From Podarcis liolepis (Eukaryota), in the NCBI GenBank assembly GCA_965112155.1, contig OZ218101.1: DNA of 64,000 nucleotides. One strand, 5' to 3'. Under the pieces are notes generated by a model that saw nothing but the letters and a program-made list of their open reading frames with translations, was not told where the DNA came from and searched no databases. The translations under genes were made by a program, and so were the position numbers. Numbering within the stretch: the stretch's first letter is position 1; every line of letters begins with the position of its first letter. This document shows, piece by piece, positions 12,267-26,419 of this stretch.

Positions 12267-12365
12267 TCAACTTAAAAGATGTTTTTTCCCAAGAAACTGG
12301 ACTTTTCTGTCAAATGCAGTTGATCGAATCTGAGAATTCTGTTCATAAAATGGATTCATCGCAAA
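12267..12365 (-). CDS. TRAPPC2: TRAPPC2 coding exon 4: [32 protein letters not shown]
   Basis: 99 nt; the four exons sum to 423 nt = 140 aa + stop. Confidence 0.97.
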   Translation of the reverse strand, partial: FAMNPFYEQNSQIRSTAFDRKVQFLGKKHLLS

Positions 12366-12499
12366 CTGGGGAAAGAAATTAACATAGTGAGAACATATTA
12401 GTAATTAAGACATGCCAAAAAAGGTCTAGGCTGAACCACTTTGAGTGGCTCAGTTCACACATACAGCTAAGCCAAATTACAGCCACTTTGCTCCTCTGC

Positions 12500-12690
12500 C
12501 ATTCCTGCTGCTGTGAGCTAGGCCATAGTTTGGTTTAGTATGTTATCTGAATCCAGTCTTGTGATTTATCTTGCTCTAGACAAACTGCAAAGTATTGCTC
12601 TTTGCTTACAGCTCATGGTTTGTCTGGAGCAAGACAAACCATAAGCCCAGGTTTGGACATGCTATGCCAAACCATGGCTTAGCGCACAAC
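12500..12690. repeat. Imperfect long inverted repeat (probable old MITE)
   Basis: TCTTGCTCTAGACAAAC vs GTTTGTCTGGAGCAAGA; GCTAGGCCATAGTTTGG vs CCAAACCATGGCTTAGC. Confidence 0.6.
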
Positions 12691-13787
12691 AGGAGGAAAA
12701 TGGTTTTTGTTTAGTGTTGCTTGTGAATCAGGTAAATATAACTATTCAGTTGATGGGGTTTTTTTAGAAAAGGAAAATTCAATAGCGCATGAGGGTACTT
12801 CCTCTTCCAACTGAGCATCTCCAAAATCTTCACAGGATTCCCCAAACCCTGAAGCAGATTTTGGTGTACACAGGGGGCTAGTGAGAAAAGTCCCACTATG
12901 CAAGCAAAAGTCTCTACTACAGGTGGGCACAACTGTTATTTCCCACTATGATCAACCATCTCCAAATACTTTTTAGACAATAAGTTAATGTCAGGATCTA
13001 CATGACTGCTCTAGCCATATGTAGCTGTCTGATACCGCCCTAGTTTGTACTTCATATTAAACCATAGTTTAAAACAAACTATGGTGTAATGTGAACACAC
13101 AGCATGCTGCTGAAGAGTTCTCCACTTCTCCCCTGCTTCTGTGCCACCATTGTGAAAAACTACAGGTTTGCTATGATATATGAACCCAGGCCTGTTTCTT
13201 TCCAAACAAACCATGAGCACAATCTAAGCTTCTCAGCAGCATGGACTGGCATGATGTGCATTCACAAGTCATAGTTTAATGCAATGTGCAAAGTGAGCTA
13301 TTGTATTCTTTCTGTCCTTGAATGAGGAGGCAGGGCCACATTTCTTTGCTTGTTACTGAAAAGCGAAGTAAGTGCAGATCATTTGTTTCTACTGTGAAAA
13401 CCTGGCAGGAAAGAAGAGGTGTGCATACAACTCCTTCCCTCCTATGACACATGTTGCTTCCTAGCATAAGTCACTGACTCATTTCAGAAGAGGTCCAGCT
13501 TTCCTTCCTGTATTGTCAACACAACGTGTTATACCTGTGCTGTGGAATCTCCCTTTCCATCACTTTGGGGGCGGGGCAGGGGGCAGTCCTTGTAACATAA
13601 GCCTAAATATGTCATCCTTTATAATATAAATGTGCTAAACAGCAATTTACACTTCCTTCTAAATGTGGTTCTGTTCATAGACTTGACAAGTAACTGCTAA
13701 TTAACCTCCTCTAGGTAAAAATTGAATAAGATAGGGTGCCTTATCCAGACCAAGATTCCCAATATTAATACTGCATAGCTTCCTATA

Positions 13788-14028
13788 CAGTGGTACCAAG
13801 GCTTACAAACTTAATCCATTCTGGAAGTCCATTCTTAAACCAAAACCGTTCTTAAACTGAGGTGCGCTTTCCCTAATGAGGCCTCCCGCTGCCAGTGCCC
13901 TTCCACTGTTCGGATTCCATTCTTAGACTGAGGTAAAGTTTGCAAACCAGGACACTACCTCCGGTTTTGCAGAGTTCGGAAACCGTATAGTTCGTAAACA
14001 GGGCTGTTCTTAAACCAAGGTACCGCTG
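13788..14028. mobile_element. Tc1/mariner (Tigger-like) MITE
   Basis: TA TSD; TIRs CAGTGGTACC…GGTACCGCTG. Confidence 0.85.
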
Positions 14029-14203
14029 TATTAGCACAGATAAGAGTTGATCAATGAGGGAAGACATAGTGCTCTCCAGCTGTTGCTGGGTTATAACTCA
14101 CATCATCCCTGACCATTAGCTGTGGTGTCTTGCACTAATGGGAGCTGTAGTTCAACAACAGCCAGAGGGCACAATGCTAGCTACCTCTCTTATGGATACT
14201 TAC

Positions 14204-14289
14204 CTTTATATACAAGTCATAGACATCACTAAAGAAGTTTTTGATTCCATCTTCTTGCCTTACATCATGAAGCATTATAAATCTCATAT
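14204..14289 (-). CDS. TRAPPC2: TRAPPC2 coding exon 3: (H)[28 protein letters not shown]
   Basis: 86 nt; preceded by an AC acceptor and U12-like branch site; GTAAGT donor. Confidence 0.96.
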
Positions 14290-15301
<1,012 letters not shown>

Positions 15302-15552
15302 TTAAGCCAGTGTATGACTAGATGCTGAATCAGCCTGATTTGGGGGATGAAGTGGGGCTGGAGGGGAGGGAAAAGGGAGGAATCAAGCATCAATCAGATA
15401 CATAGGCACTACCCCTACATAAGGACAGTAACATTTTCAGTGGCATCAAATTTAATTAGAAACCAACTATTAACATCAAATTAATACAGACCTTGAGCTA
15501 CCGGCTTTCTGGACTTAGACATGCTCATGACTATGTAAAAATTCAGTATTTA

Positions 15553-15740
<188 letters not shown>

Positions 15741-15981
15741 CTCAAGCTGGTCTTCCTCTCCATTCTTCTTTCCTAATTAGCTACGCTTTCCTCTGGACCA
15801 CACTAGTGAGGCAAAGAGCGGAGTCTTGTTGTATGGGCAAGCCCAGAACCTCTGTTCACATTGCCCAGTCTTGCGTCCTGGGGAGGTCACTTTAGTGCTG
15901 CAAACACAGCAGTTAACTTCACCCCTGAAGGCACACTCCATTGTATCTCCAGGCAGACCGATACCAACAACAAAAAGAGAA

Positions 15982-16106
15982 GAGACTCTTGATTTCAGGG
16001 TCGTGAGTTCGAACCCCACATTGGCCTAAAAGATTCCTGCAAATCACAGGGGCTAGAATAGATGACCCTCGTGGTCCTTTCCAACTATGCAATTATATGA
16101 TTCTAT
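15982..16106 (+). mobile_element. tRNA-Lys(CTT)-derived SINE with CR1-like tail (5' part missing)
   Basis: GAGACTCTT.AT.TCAGGGTCGTG.GTTCGA.CCCCAC.TTGG matches the 3' half of tRNA-Lys; followed by a CR1-type tail …CCAACT…ATGATTCTAT. Confidence 0.8.
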
Positions 16107-16169
16107 CATCCTGGCAGACATTCAGGCCTCAGGGTGAGTGGGCATGAACCGCACAGAACCAACCTCAAT

Positions 16170-16970
16170 GGAGAACCACCGCTGTCCCCCATTAATGCCT
16201 CTACCATCGACCGTTCAGCGGGGACCAGTTTTACTATTTCCCAAGCAGACGTTTTAACAGGAGTAGGGAAAAGAGGTTTTACCTGAGGTCCAGAAAGCAG
16301 ATACAGGAAGAAGAGAAAGCAGAAGGCAGCGAGGCGCTCCTCCCCAAAACATCCGGCGCAGAGTGATGTCGTCATAGAGACCAGCCCCTTTTATTGGTTG
16401 ATTCTGATGGGCGGGTCTCTGCGGCGAGTTGTCGCGAGAGTTCTGCAATAGCGACGTGCTTGGCTGAGCGCTAGTAACCGCGGCAACGAGAGCGAGCGAG
16501 AGCCTTGAAGCGGCGGTTGGGAGCGAGTGGCCGTTGGGAGTGGGGGCGGGACTTGAGAAGCGCGTCTGCGCGAGGCCGTTGGAAAAGCCTCTCGTCGCGC
16601 CTCAGAGGCGACTTCGCGGCCGGCCGCCGCCTCCCTTTTTCTCGGTGTGTTTCCTGCCCGTGTCAGAACTTCCCCGCTCTCCTCGCCACAAAATAGACTC
16701 GGAAGGAGGAGCTGAGAAGGGCCCCGCCGCCGCGCCTCAAGAGTTGTGCCCGGCCGGCTTCCTGAAGCGCCTCTCCTTGACCAGAGAAGCGTAGCCGCTT
16801 CCTTTCGCAGCCGTCCTCGCGATACGACCAGGCGGCGGGGAGCGGAGTGCGCTTCTCGAGGCCGGCCAGAAAGCAGGCCGGGAGCGAAAGGTCTAGCAAA
16901 GAGGTGGGCTAGTAGGAAGGGTCGTTTAAAAAAAACACGCGGAAGAGAATGTGCTTTGGACTGCGCGCAA
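16170..16970. promoter_or_regulatory. Bidirectional CpG-island promoter of TRAPPC2(-)/OFD1(+), including the TRAPPC2 non-coding exon 1 (donor CAG|GTAAAA, exon ends at 16283)
   Basis: CpG-dense. CCAAT box (ATTGG 16393-16397), TCGCGAGA motif 16432-16439, RFX X-box GTAACCGCGGCAAC 16474-16487, GC boxes. Head-to-head genes. Confidence 0.85.
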
Positions 16971-19409
16971 CTCTTATTGTTATTATTGGTATTATTTATA
17001 AGGTGTCTGAAATTTTATAGGTACTACAAAAAAGGTCGGGAGACTCAACCTGTAGACTTGCTTACTTTTTTTCCTCCCTAGTTCGTTTCACAATTGAACA
17101 GACACAGTACTGGGGAATGGGTAGGAAACGGGAAAAACCCTGGCGTTGCCCACTGCTAACATGGCCTGTATTAAATTGGGTTGCACCTAGTAGTTAAATG
17201 AAATAGGCAGCTTGTATACTTGCAGCTGTGACAACAGCTCCTCCTCCAGGGCAAGAAGATGTATTTTCTTTCTCTTTCTTTCCCCACTCGCCATTTACCA
17301 GGGCACTGGATGGAGATAGCAGGGAGGCATGCTTCCTTACAAGATGAGCTGTTTGACAGAGGAGCATATTGTCTCAGGAGGTAGTGGTACATGCACATAG
17401 TCAGGATTTTTTTGGGGGGGAGGATTTATGTTAGGGGGCAGAACCAAGCTATCTGTGATGTGATTGGTCAGCTAAGTATTTGTATTTACTTAATTTAGGG
17501 GTAGCAGCTGCCTCTCCTTGGCTACGCCTATGTGGTGGTGAGTTCTTGTAGGTGTTTAAGTAGAGGTGGCTGTCACAGGTGTTGTAATCCTGCATTCCTG
17601 ATCTGGTGTTGAGCAGGTCTAGATGACATCTCAGATTCCTTTCAGTTCTGTTATTCTAGAATCTTAAAACAATTGTGTCACCACATACGTCAATTTTCTG
17701 TTGATTCTGAATGTTATGCATATTGTAATTTCTCACAGGCAGAACGATCTGAGTTGGCCCTGGGAGGCTGGTCACAACAAATTCTCAATTACACCCACAG
17801 GCTTGCCAACCAGGATGAAAAGCAGTGTTTAGAAACTGAGATATGAAAGCTAGGAGATAAATGGCACCTTAAACCTAGGTTATGGGCACAACAACAGAAT
17901 GTCTAAGCATGCTTTAAAAAAAAATACAAAGCTGAAAATGAATGACAGCTAAATGAATTACAGCTAAAATAATTCTGTTCATTTTTCACATGGTATCTAG
18001 TCCTTATCCTGCCCACCCCCCTAATATTCTTAAGAGGGTCTCCTTTCCAGTCTTTAGGGAGTAGCTGGAAGTGCGGAGGCAGAAAAAGGTCCTCCTCTCC
18101 TTCCACTCTGCAGTTTTAATCTGAAATCATAGGCGCAACACTGTGCCCAGAGCTCAGAAACTGCACGCGCTAATGAATTTTCCTGTCACAAAATGCACCT
18201 AGAACAATGGGAGTTTCGAACACTGATGAAAAGGGAGGTGTTTGGGGGTTTTTTTGGGGTTTTTTGCTGCACCAGCTCTAAGCTGCCATAGCAGAGAGGC
18301 ACAAATCAGACCCTTCTCCAGAGAGTGGATGGACTAAGATCCAGTGAATCCTACCCTACCCCTTGTAGTGCCCATTTCAGGGCCTCGTGCTGCCTACTCT
18401 CTGTGGCAACACAACTGGCAGAAGCATTGCTGTGTTTACCACAGCTGTATAATGCAAGAGTTAACTTCATTGTGACACTGGTCAACTCACCCATTGGAAT
18501 TGAGCTTATTATATCTGCTGTCCTGGCCTAATCCCCACTTCTGTTTCTTGATCATTTTAGAATGTGAAAGAATATTGGGAGGTGGGATGGAATGTTACGT
18601 ACATTTTGTGCACAGTAAAAGTGAGCATGTTTTAATGCATGGTCCTAAGTATACTTATTCAGAAGTCACTGAATTCTATGGGCCTTGTTCCTTGGTAAAC
18701 ACATATAGGACTGCATTCTAGTTCTGTATATTTTAGGGGCATTCAAAGTATGCTTTTGATGTACCGGTTTTCATTCATACAGAATATAACATTAAAGAAT
18801 CATGTGCATTAAAGAAACAAAATAATTATAGAAAGTTCATTAGACTGTTCAGACTTCAATAAGGTACCCTTCTTTAATTATGATGTGTGTTTCAATCCTA
18901 TCTTCAACCTTACTTGCTTCTGTTACCCTTTACACTGCCTCAATCCCTGGTCAATCTCCTTGCAAACCCATTTTAAAATTTCCATCCCATTGGGATCAAA
19001 CCTATTCACATAATTTTGAAACCTGCATTTTTTTAAATGGACAAGTCTCCGGTTCTTTGCCATTGCAGTTTCAATGCTTTGAATAGAACAGCTGGCAACA
19101 GAAGAACATAGGAAAGTGACTTAGGTATATAACTAATCATGTCTGTTTACTTCCTTTGTTGAATACTGTTTTTGTAAGTACCAGGATGTTTGTTGATGTA
19201 AGCTACACTTCACTAATTCATAGCCCTGCATTTGCAACTCAAATAAACATGCTGTTTTGATGCATTCTGCTAAGAATCACTTAAGATTTTGAAATTCGGG
19301 GTTTTGATATGCGATTATTAAAAGGCTGGCAACATTTCTGTTACCATGGCTTGTGTTTTGGGTTGTCTGCAAAAATAGCAATATTGTTTTCTCATGTTTT
19401 CAGATCCTA

Positions 19410-19505
19410 ATGTCTTCAGATGAATTTCCAGCTCTGTCACAAGATGAACTCCGGAGAAGACTATATCAGACATTTAAGAACCGAGGTGTTTTGGATTCAC
19501 TTAAG
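19410..19505 (+). CDS. OFD1: OFD1 first recognisable coding exon: MSSDEFPALSQDELRRRLYQTFKNRGVLDSLK
   Basis: Matches the OFD1 N-terminus (LSQDELR..LYQTFK.RG.LD.LK); acceptor at 19403; start codon inferred. Confidence 0.88.
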
Positions 19506-19905
19506 GTATTTGATATAATTAAGCAAGATTAAAATAAGGGTTTTAATTTATTAAGCAGTATTTATACCCTGCCTACTCACTGAAATTCTCAAGGCAGCTT
19601 TCAATATATTTAAAGCACAATAAAGTAGACATTGATACAGTAGTCACAACTGTAGGGCAAAGGTGTATGTATATAAGCCATGAAATTATGAGATATATTG
19701 AAAGAAATATTGCTGCCAGATTTTCTCTTGATGTATTGCTTGACTGTTCAATGCGGAAAGCATTATACACACCAGTGTAACACAAGGTTTCAGTACACTT
19801 AACATATCAAAGTCTTAAACTTTTTTCAATTTATTTAATGTTTTTTTCCCCACTTTTTCTTCTAGAAATCCCAGATAACAATAATATATTTTTTCTTTGT
19901 GCCAG

Positions 19906-20106
19906 ACACAGCTTCGAAACCAACTCATACATGATCTAATGAATCCCATTTTAAGTGGAAAAATTCAGCCACAAGCTGTTTCTAGTGAATGCAGTTCATT
20001 GTTAATTGGTGCTTCTAACAGTCTGGTGGCAGATCACCTGCGCAGATGTGGCTATGAATATTCACTGTCTGTCTTCTATCCAGAAAGTGGATTAGAAAAG
20101 GATAAG
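19906..20106 (+). CDS. OFD1: OFD1 exon (LisH region, [12 protein letters not shown]…[18 protein letters not shown])
   Basis: 201 nt, AG/GT, in frame, LisH-like motif. Confidence 0.95.
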
Positions 20107-20397
20107 GTAAGTACCTTGTTTTGAAGGATGTGTTAAATTATGCCCAGTATGTAAATGAAGTCCTGCTTATCCAGTGCAGTTATTACATTGTCTATCAACC
20201 TATCTAGACCATCTTTAGTCCAAAAATGCATTTGTCATTTTTTACTAAGTAAGTAAGTAAGTAAGTGTGGCCCAGTAGCAGATCCCAGCTATCTTACTGA
20301 ACACCAGGACACACATACACACCGCGGTGGCTATGCACACATTGACCCCCTAGAATCCTCAAACAATTTATAACACCACCACCCCAGAAGCATAATA

Positions 20398-20425
20398 GTG
20401 TGTGTGTGTGTGTGTGTGTGTGTGT
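20398..20425. repeat. (GT)n microsatellite
   Basis: Direct reading. Confidence 0.95.
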
Positions 20426-20604
20426 ACATTTCATATGTAACTACAAACAGTCCAAAAGTGGGTGTGTGAAAGCCTGTTGACTTGCCAGCAGCAGGAGACA
20501 GAAGGATCTGTTTCTGCTAGGGTCAGGCCTTTAATTAGTCTTGGAAATCTCAGGAGGAAGACATTATGGGTATGTACAGCAGGATCAGGTTCATCTGTGT
20601 AGGG

Positions 20605-20740
20605 CAGGCACCCCCAAACTCGCCCCTCCAGATGTTTTGGGACTACAATTCCCATCACTCCTGACCACAGGTCCTATTAACGATGGATGATGGGAGCTGT
20701 AGTCCCAAAACTTCCGGAGGGCCGAGTTTGGGAATGCCTG
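20605..20740. mobile_element. Short hAT-type MITE (GGACTACAA.TCCCATCA family; decayed relatives near 5740-5853, 9450-9560, 14065-14185, 37320-37430, 41810-41915, 56780-56900, 62130-62215)
   Basis: Near-perfect 8-bp TSD (G/A)TGTAGGG; TIRs CAGGCA..CCCAAACTC; palindromic interior. Confidence 0.8.
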
Positions 20741-21259
20741 ATGTAGGGTCTTCTTTCCGATGCCTACTGAAGGTCAAATGGTCCCACAAAACATCTAAAG
20801 TACAGAGAAGAAACCACTTCAGAATGAACGCTGCTGATTGCAAAGTTAATTACAGTTGGATCAGCCAGCTTAGAAGCAGTCTGAGATATGTTATGGTAAA
20901 TTCTAGGAAAGACTTTGTGCATGCATGACTGAGTGACTGTTTCTGAGCCTCTGAAGGTGAGACATTGTGTATGTGTGAACTACTGTGTGTTTGTGTATGC
21001 AAGAGTGAATGATTGTAAGACTCAATGAGAATCATTGTGAAACTGTGTTAACTTCTGAGTGCCTATGTGTTTGACTGCAAAAGTGTGTATGATGGCATGC
21101 AATAATTGGCCTTGATACAAACAGTGAAGGTATATGTGGCATCCCAATCATTATCTCATTTTGATTTTGTTGGCTTAGTTGTTTAACTTTTTGTTTTGAT
21201 AATATGGATTGTGAAATGTATAATTGAGAGTTATCCGGTTTCTTTATCTCCTTATAAAG

Positions 21260-21328
21260 GCGCTCACCATGCAAGATTTACTACAACTCATAAGGATCAA
21301 TCCAAAGACTGATCTTTACAAAGCACTG
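21260..21328 (+). CDS. OFD1: OFD1 exon ALTMQDLLQLIRINPKTDLYKAL
   Basis: 69 nt, AG/GT, OFD1 homology. Confidence 0.92.
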
Positions 21329-21497
21329 GTAAAATAATCTTATTTCTTGCAATCTTATTTTTTGTTAAGCATTGGGTAGATAAGAATGCAGTCAAAATCC
21401 TCCACCTGTGCTGTGGAAGAGGGTTAGGATAAGGTGGTAGAGACCCTTTGCTGCACTGCTGTGAAGGTCCTACTGCACTCTGTGGAGTGGGAAACTA

Positions 21498-21831
21498 CAG
21501 TGGTGCCTTGCAAGACGAAAAGAATCCATTCTGTGAATCTCTTCGTCTAGCGGTTTTTTCGTCTTGCGAAGCAAGCCCATTGACGGATTAGCGCTTTTAG
21601 CGGCTTTTAGCGGCTTTTAGCTGCTTATCTGCTGATCGGATCAGCTGATAAGCAGCTTAGTGGCTTAGAAAAGGGGGGGAGGGAAAAAAAAAGCAGGAAC
21701 TCGCAAGACATTGTCGTCTTGCGAAGCAAGCCCATAGGAAATTCGTTTTGCGAAGCACCTCCAAAACGGAAAACTCTTTCGTCTAGCAAGTTTTCCGTCT
21801 TGCGAGGCATTCGTCTTGCGGGGCACCACTG
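21498..21831. mobile_element. Tc1/mariner MITE
   Basis: TA TSD; TIRs CAGTGGTGCC.TGCAAGACGAA / TTCGTCTTGCG.GGCACCACTG; CpGs retained (probably young). Confidence 0.88.
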
Positions 21832-22093
21832 TATTAGTGGTTGTTCTATTATTGGCAGAAGCTTGCAGAAAAGCCCCAAAGGGAGTATTGTGGGATGCCG
21901 CCTGAGCCTCAGACCGCTCTGGTGCACATGCCTGGAATTCACACAGCAAAAAAGGGGGACGGATATGCCCCATAGCTTTTGCCCTGGCCATTGGGAGTGG
22001 CAGGGCTTGGGGCGTGGCAGCTACTTTGCAGCTCTTCAGCTGGAGCTTGGCACTGCAGTATAAATTGACTAAATTATTTTTTTGTTTTTCCAG

Positions 22094-22124
22094 ATTTCAA
22101 CTTCAGAAAAAGATAATACAAAAG
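22094..22124 (+). CDS. OFD1: OFD1 31-nt exon ISTSEKDNTK
   Basis: Strong polypyrimidine acceptor; phase fits neighbours. Confidence 0.88.
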
Positions 22125-22559
22125 GTACAGCTATAATGTACATATATTCTAAGTAAGTTCAGATTGTAGGCCACAGTCCAAAGATATTGTGTGTGTTTAA
22201 AATTATGCACACGTGTTTAAACAATTTAATTAATTGTTTAAATAACAGTTAACTCAAAACTGGGTTTCACTCAAAACCTCTACGGTAGTTTATTTTTTTT
22301 AATGTTAATAATAAAAGTACAGCAGTTAAAAACAGATGGAAACATTTGACATTAGAATAAGTGTCCAGTGGTTTCTTTGACATTTTCGCATAAGCAGATC
22401 CTGCTGCTGAAGAGGCAAGCTGCCGTTTGGAAGAGAGGAGTTTGAACAGCAACTTTGGATAGCATACATAAATATTTAGACAGAAAAACAAAATAATGCA
22501 CATTTTGTGGCTACCTGAAGCCTGTGTGCAGCAATATCAAAATATAATACAAATACAAG

Positions 22560-23785
22560 AAAAAGTAGTATCAGTAGCCATTACAAACCTTGCTAAACAA
22601 AAAAGTTTTCAGCATGTGCTGGAGTTGCCTCATTGTTGGCACATGCCTTATTTCTAGGGATGACAATTTGGGAGAGTGGACACATCCAGGGAAGGCCCTC
22701 TTCCTGGGTAATCCAAGTGGATGTCTTCTGGCTGTGGCTTATCCATGAGGGCCTCTGTAGGTGATGTTAGGGAATGAGCAGATTTGCATAGGTAAAGATG
22801 TTCACTTTGATAACCTGGTCCCAAATTGTTTAGGGCCTTATACGTTAATACCCAAAACTTGGTGCAGTAGCAAATTAGTAGCCAGGGCAGTTCCTTTAAA
22901 AATGGTGTTAGATGTCTGCACCCACACATACCAATTAGTAACCTAACTGCTTCATTGTGCACAGCTTCTAGACCAATATTATGGCAGCCCCATGTAGAGC
23001 ACATTGCATTAATAGAGTATTGAGGTTGCTGGTGCCTGGGTCACTGCAGCAAGACTGTCTCTAGGAATGGCTGCAGCTGGCATATCTACTGAAGCTGGTA
23101 GAAGACACTCATTTCCCCTGGAGCCACATGAGCCTCCAGTGTTAATGATGGATTCAGAAGCACCCCATTGTATGAACCAGCTCCTGCAGAGCAAGTGCAG
23201 CCTTATCCAGACCAGGCAAATTCCTGGACCTGGGGACCACCTACTCACAAAGCCTCCATCTTGCTGGGTTTCTGTTTATTAGCCCTCATCTAGTCCATCA
23301 CTACTCTCAGTCACTGATTCTGAATCTGCACAGCTTCTGATTCAGATGTTATAGAGAAATAAGAAGCACTCCCTTAATGACCATTCCCAACAGCTTTATA
23401 TAGATGTTGAATAGTAGTGTGGACAAGATGGTTCCTTTCATAACTGCTAACAAACTGTTACCTAATGCTATGTGTGGAACCAGCCCCACAAATAGTGGTA
23501 ACACTGCAGAAGAGTGTCCCCTGCTCCCAGCTCGCAAGGCTGAACCAGCAGGAAAGCATTGTTGATAGTATCAAAAGCAGCTGAGTGGTAGAGTAAGAGG
23601 GTTACACTCCCCTATCTCTCTCCTGATAAAGAGCATCCAGGGTGATCAAGACCAATGGAGTCTCATAACCAGGCCTGAACCCAGACTAAAATGGGTCTAG
23701 ATAATCTGCTTTCTCCGGGAGTACCTGGAACTGGGCAGCCAGCACACTCTCAAACAGCTTCCCCATAATATGGGTGTTGGCAACC
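22560..23785 (-). mobile_element. L2-type LINE 3' fragment
   Basis: Degenerate ORF2 motifs HLTPFLKELPWL…VLTYKALNNLGPGY and GTILSTLLFNIYIKLLG. Confidence 0.78.
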
Positions 23786-24066
23786 ATATGTACATGTTAT
23801 ATGTTAAAAATGTTTTACTTGTATTGAAATGTTTCAGAGATTTTTAGTTGTTTTTTTAAAAAAAATACTTTTATGTATTATTTGCTACCATAAGCTCTTT
23901 TTGAAGAAATTTTAAAAATAAGAGGGACAGCCTTTTTTCTTTATAATTGTTCTACTTCCATTCATTGGTACTCTTTTACTGTTGCAAAATAATATTTATT
24001 CCTTCTTGAGTTTGAAACTTGTCATTTGTTGGAGAAGAGATGTGTGATTAATGGTGTATCTCTAAG

Positions 24067-24171
24067 GCTTTCTTGTACAGATATTAACTGAACTGATAGA
24101 CCATAGCCTGCATAAGCAGATCTGCAACACAGAAACTCAGACCAGTCCCACACCTGGTAAAGAATCTCTTG
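24067..24171 (+). CDS. OFD1: OFD1 exon GFLVQILTELIDH…ETQTSPTPGKESL
   Basis: 105 nt, phase 1-1, ETQT motif. Confidence 0.9.
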
Positions 24172-25697
24172 GTAAGTGGAGTTACTGCCATTGCTTTATC
24201 CTCAGACTTTCTTAGCTATCTGTATATTCAGCCTTAAGAAAGAGAATACTGTAGCATCTGTTCTGTAGCCTTGTTTTCATACTGCTTCTGACATAACTCT
24301 TTACTAACTGGAGTATATGTGCAACTTTTTACCTTTAAAAAGCATAGTAATCCTTCAAAAAAGTTGGGAAAGCTTTTAGCTAAGAAGGAGTTGCACATAT
24401 TTATATGTTGCAGTTTCTAAATGTGGATCAAAACATAATCATGGGTTCACATTTCAACACAATATGGTTGTGAGTTTTGTGCTTTGAGAGAAAACAGAAA
24501 CGTTGAAAATTGTGTCTTCCCTACAGAGTTCTCTGGAAAGATAGGTATGTGATTGCATAGGTATGTACTAGACTGGTCCAATGAATTTGCTACACCTAGC
24601 CAGCTGCACAAGTGTAGAACAAAAATAGCAGAATTATCCCCCCCAAAAAAATAATAATCTTGCAGGGTTAAAATTATACTAATGTATAGTCACATCATCC
24701 TCTTCTACTTCCTGCACCTGCTGCCCAGACATTCTCTCTATGGTTGTGGGAAATAGGTTATTTTCCATTTTAGCCATTGCAGAATATCCTTTATCATCAC
24801 TGTACTGTATACTCCAACACACTGCACAGGACAGAAAACATATTTCAGATGAACAGATCTAACACAAATGCAATACTAGCCCAAGCAGTTCATTCATAGA
24901 ATGAAAGTTAGGAATGGAATACAGATGCAGTCTGGAGTACAGTGGCATCTATTTAAGCTGGAGCATAGTTTCAGGCTGCTAGATACCTGATTTATATCTA
25001 TATTGTTTTCTCTCTTTCATTTATTCCTTGGTGCTCTTTTTAGTAGAGGTTAGTCATAGCTTTATGCTTTCAGACCCTTTCCCCCTCAGCAGAGGCAGGG
25101 GACCTATTAGGTTGGCCTTCCCTTGGAGGCTGATGGCTTGCAGGTAGCTCTTGGGGATTTTCCGACTCATATGACTGGTGCTTCTTTGGAGGCCCTGGCT
25201 AATTTGTGTAATATGTGAATGGTGCAGGCTGTTGACACAGTCAATCACCATTGAGTGCCCTCTGCCACTTTTCAGTGGTTACTTCCTGCTTGTGGAATGC
25301 CCTCTAAAGGGACTTTTGTCTGGTGCTATATTTATCTGTTAGGCACCAGGCAAAGACTTCCTTCTAACCTAAGCTTTAGGTCATTAATTTGAAGATTTTA
25401 AATATTTGTGGGCTCTTTGGGGAGGGGGCAGGATCTGTAAGGCATGTCTATTATTTCTATAGATGTGCGATTTGGGATGGGGGGAGTTATTGATGGTGTT
25501 TATTGTAACTGGTTTTAGTATTTCTTCTTATGTTTCCATGAGTAAAGCAACCAATAAATATAAATCATCATTGGCATCATAGCATAATAAAATGAAGTAG
25601 GAGAGCTGTTCCCTATAAAAATGTCAACAATGTAAATTTGTTTTGTTTAGTGTGATCACATATAATGGAACAATGCCTTTTATATATTTTTTCATAG

Positions 25698-25834
25698 CTG
25701 AGAAACTTCAACTGATTGATGAACAGTTTGCAGACATGTATCCTCAGTGCCACAAATCTGAGTCGTTTGAAGTAAAACTTGCTGAATATAGAAAAGAAGT
25801 AGAGCAGCAGCTTCAAGAGGAAATGTCTCAGAAG
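25698..25834 (+). CDS. OFD1: OFD1 exon [16 protein letters not shown]…EEMSQK
   Basis: 137 nt, AG/GT, homology. Confidence 0.94.
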
Positions 25835-26419
25835 GTGAAGGGAAATGGGAGGAGAGGCAATGATGTTTTGTCAGTCTTAATGCAAATTTTCATGTGCCTA
25901 TTTGATACTTTTGTTAGTACAACAATTTACTTATTCTCAGAGTACATAAAATACATGAAAGAAAAGCAGAGGATAAACATTTATTGAGCAAGACATGGCT
26001 GTTTACATTATGATTAGTAGGAGTAATCATAGTAATCATAGGGATTAGTTGCAGGATCAACTAAATGCTCTGTCTCAGTTGCTTGCTCACTTAACGGCCA
26101 AACTTACATTAAACAGGAGATCTGTGATTAGATCACTTTGTCTTTAAAAACTATAGGAAGCGACTTGGATCAGGACTATAATGTGGCTTAATCCTTGCAT
26201 GCATCAGTACTTGCTGCAAATGCCTGTTCACCCAACAGCTGCTTTTAGGAAAAGGAAAATTGGGAGATCTGATTAGTTGTAGAGCAGTGGATTTACCATG
26301 GTACTTTATCACATTCTTACATAGGAGGGATTTGCTAGTCACAAGAATAAGCCATCTACCTGTGATCTAATGTTTTTATGTGACAGTTGACACTTATAAT
26401 TTTATTTTGAATGTCACAG

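Noticed and set aside
15982-16025. tRNA-Lys gene
   Set aside because: Only the 3' half of the tRNA is present, with mismatches, fused to a CR1-type tail, so it is a SINE remnant.
21625-22063. ORFs of 105-114 aa on both strands
   Set aside because: They lie over a non-autonomous MITE; no transposase motifs.
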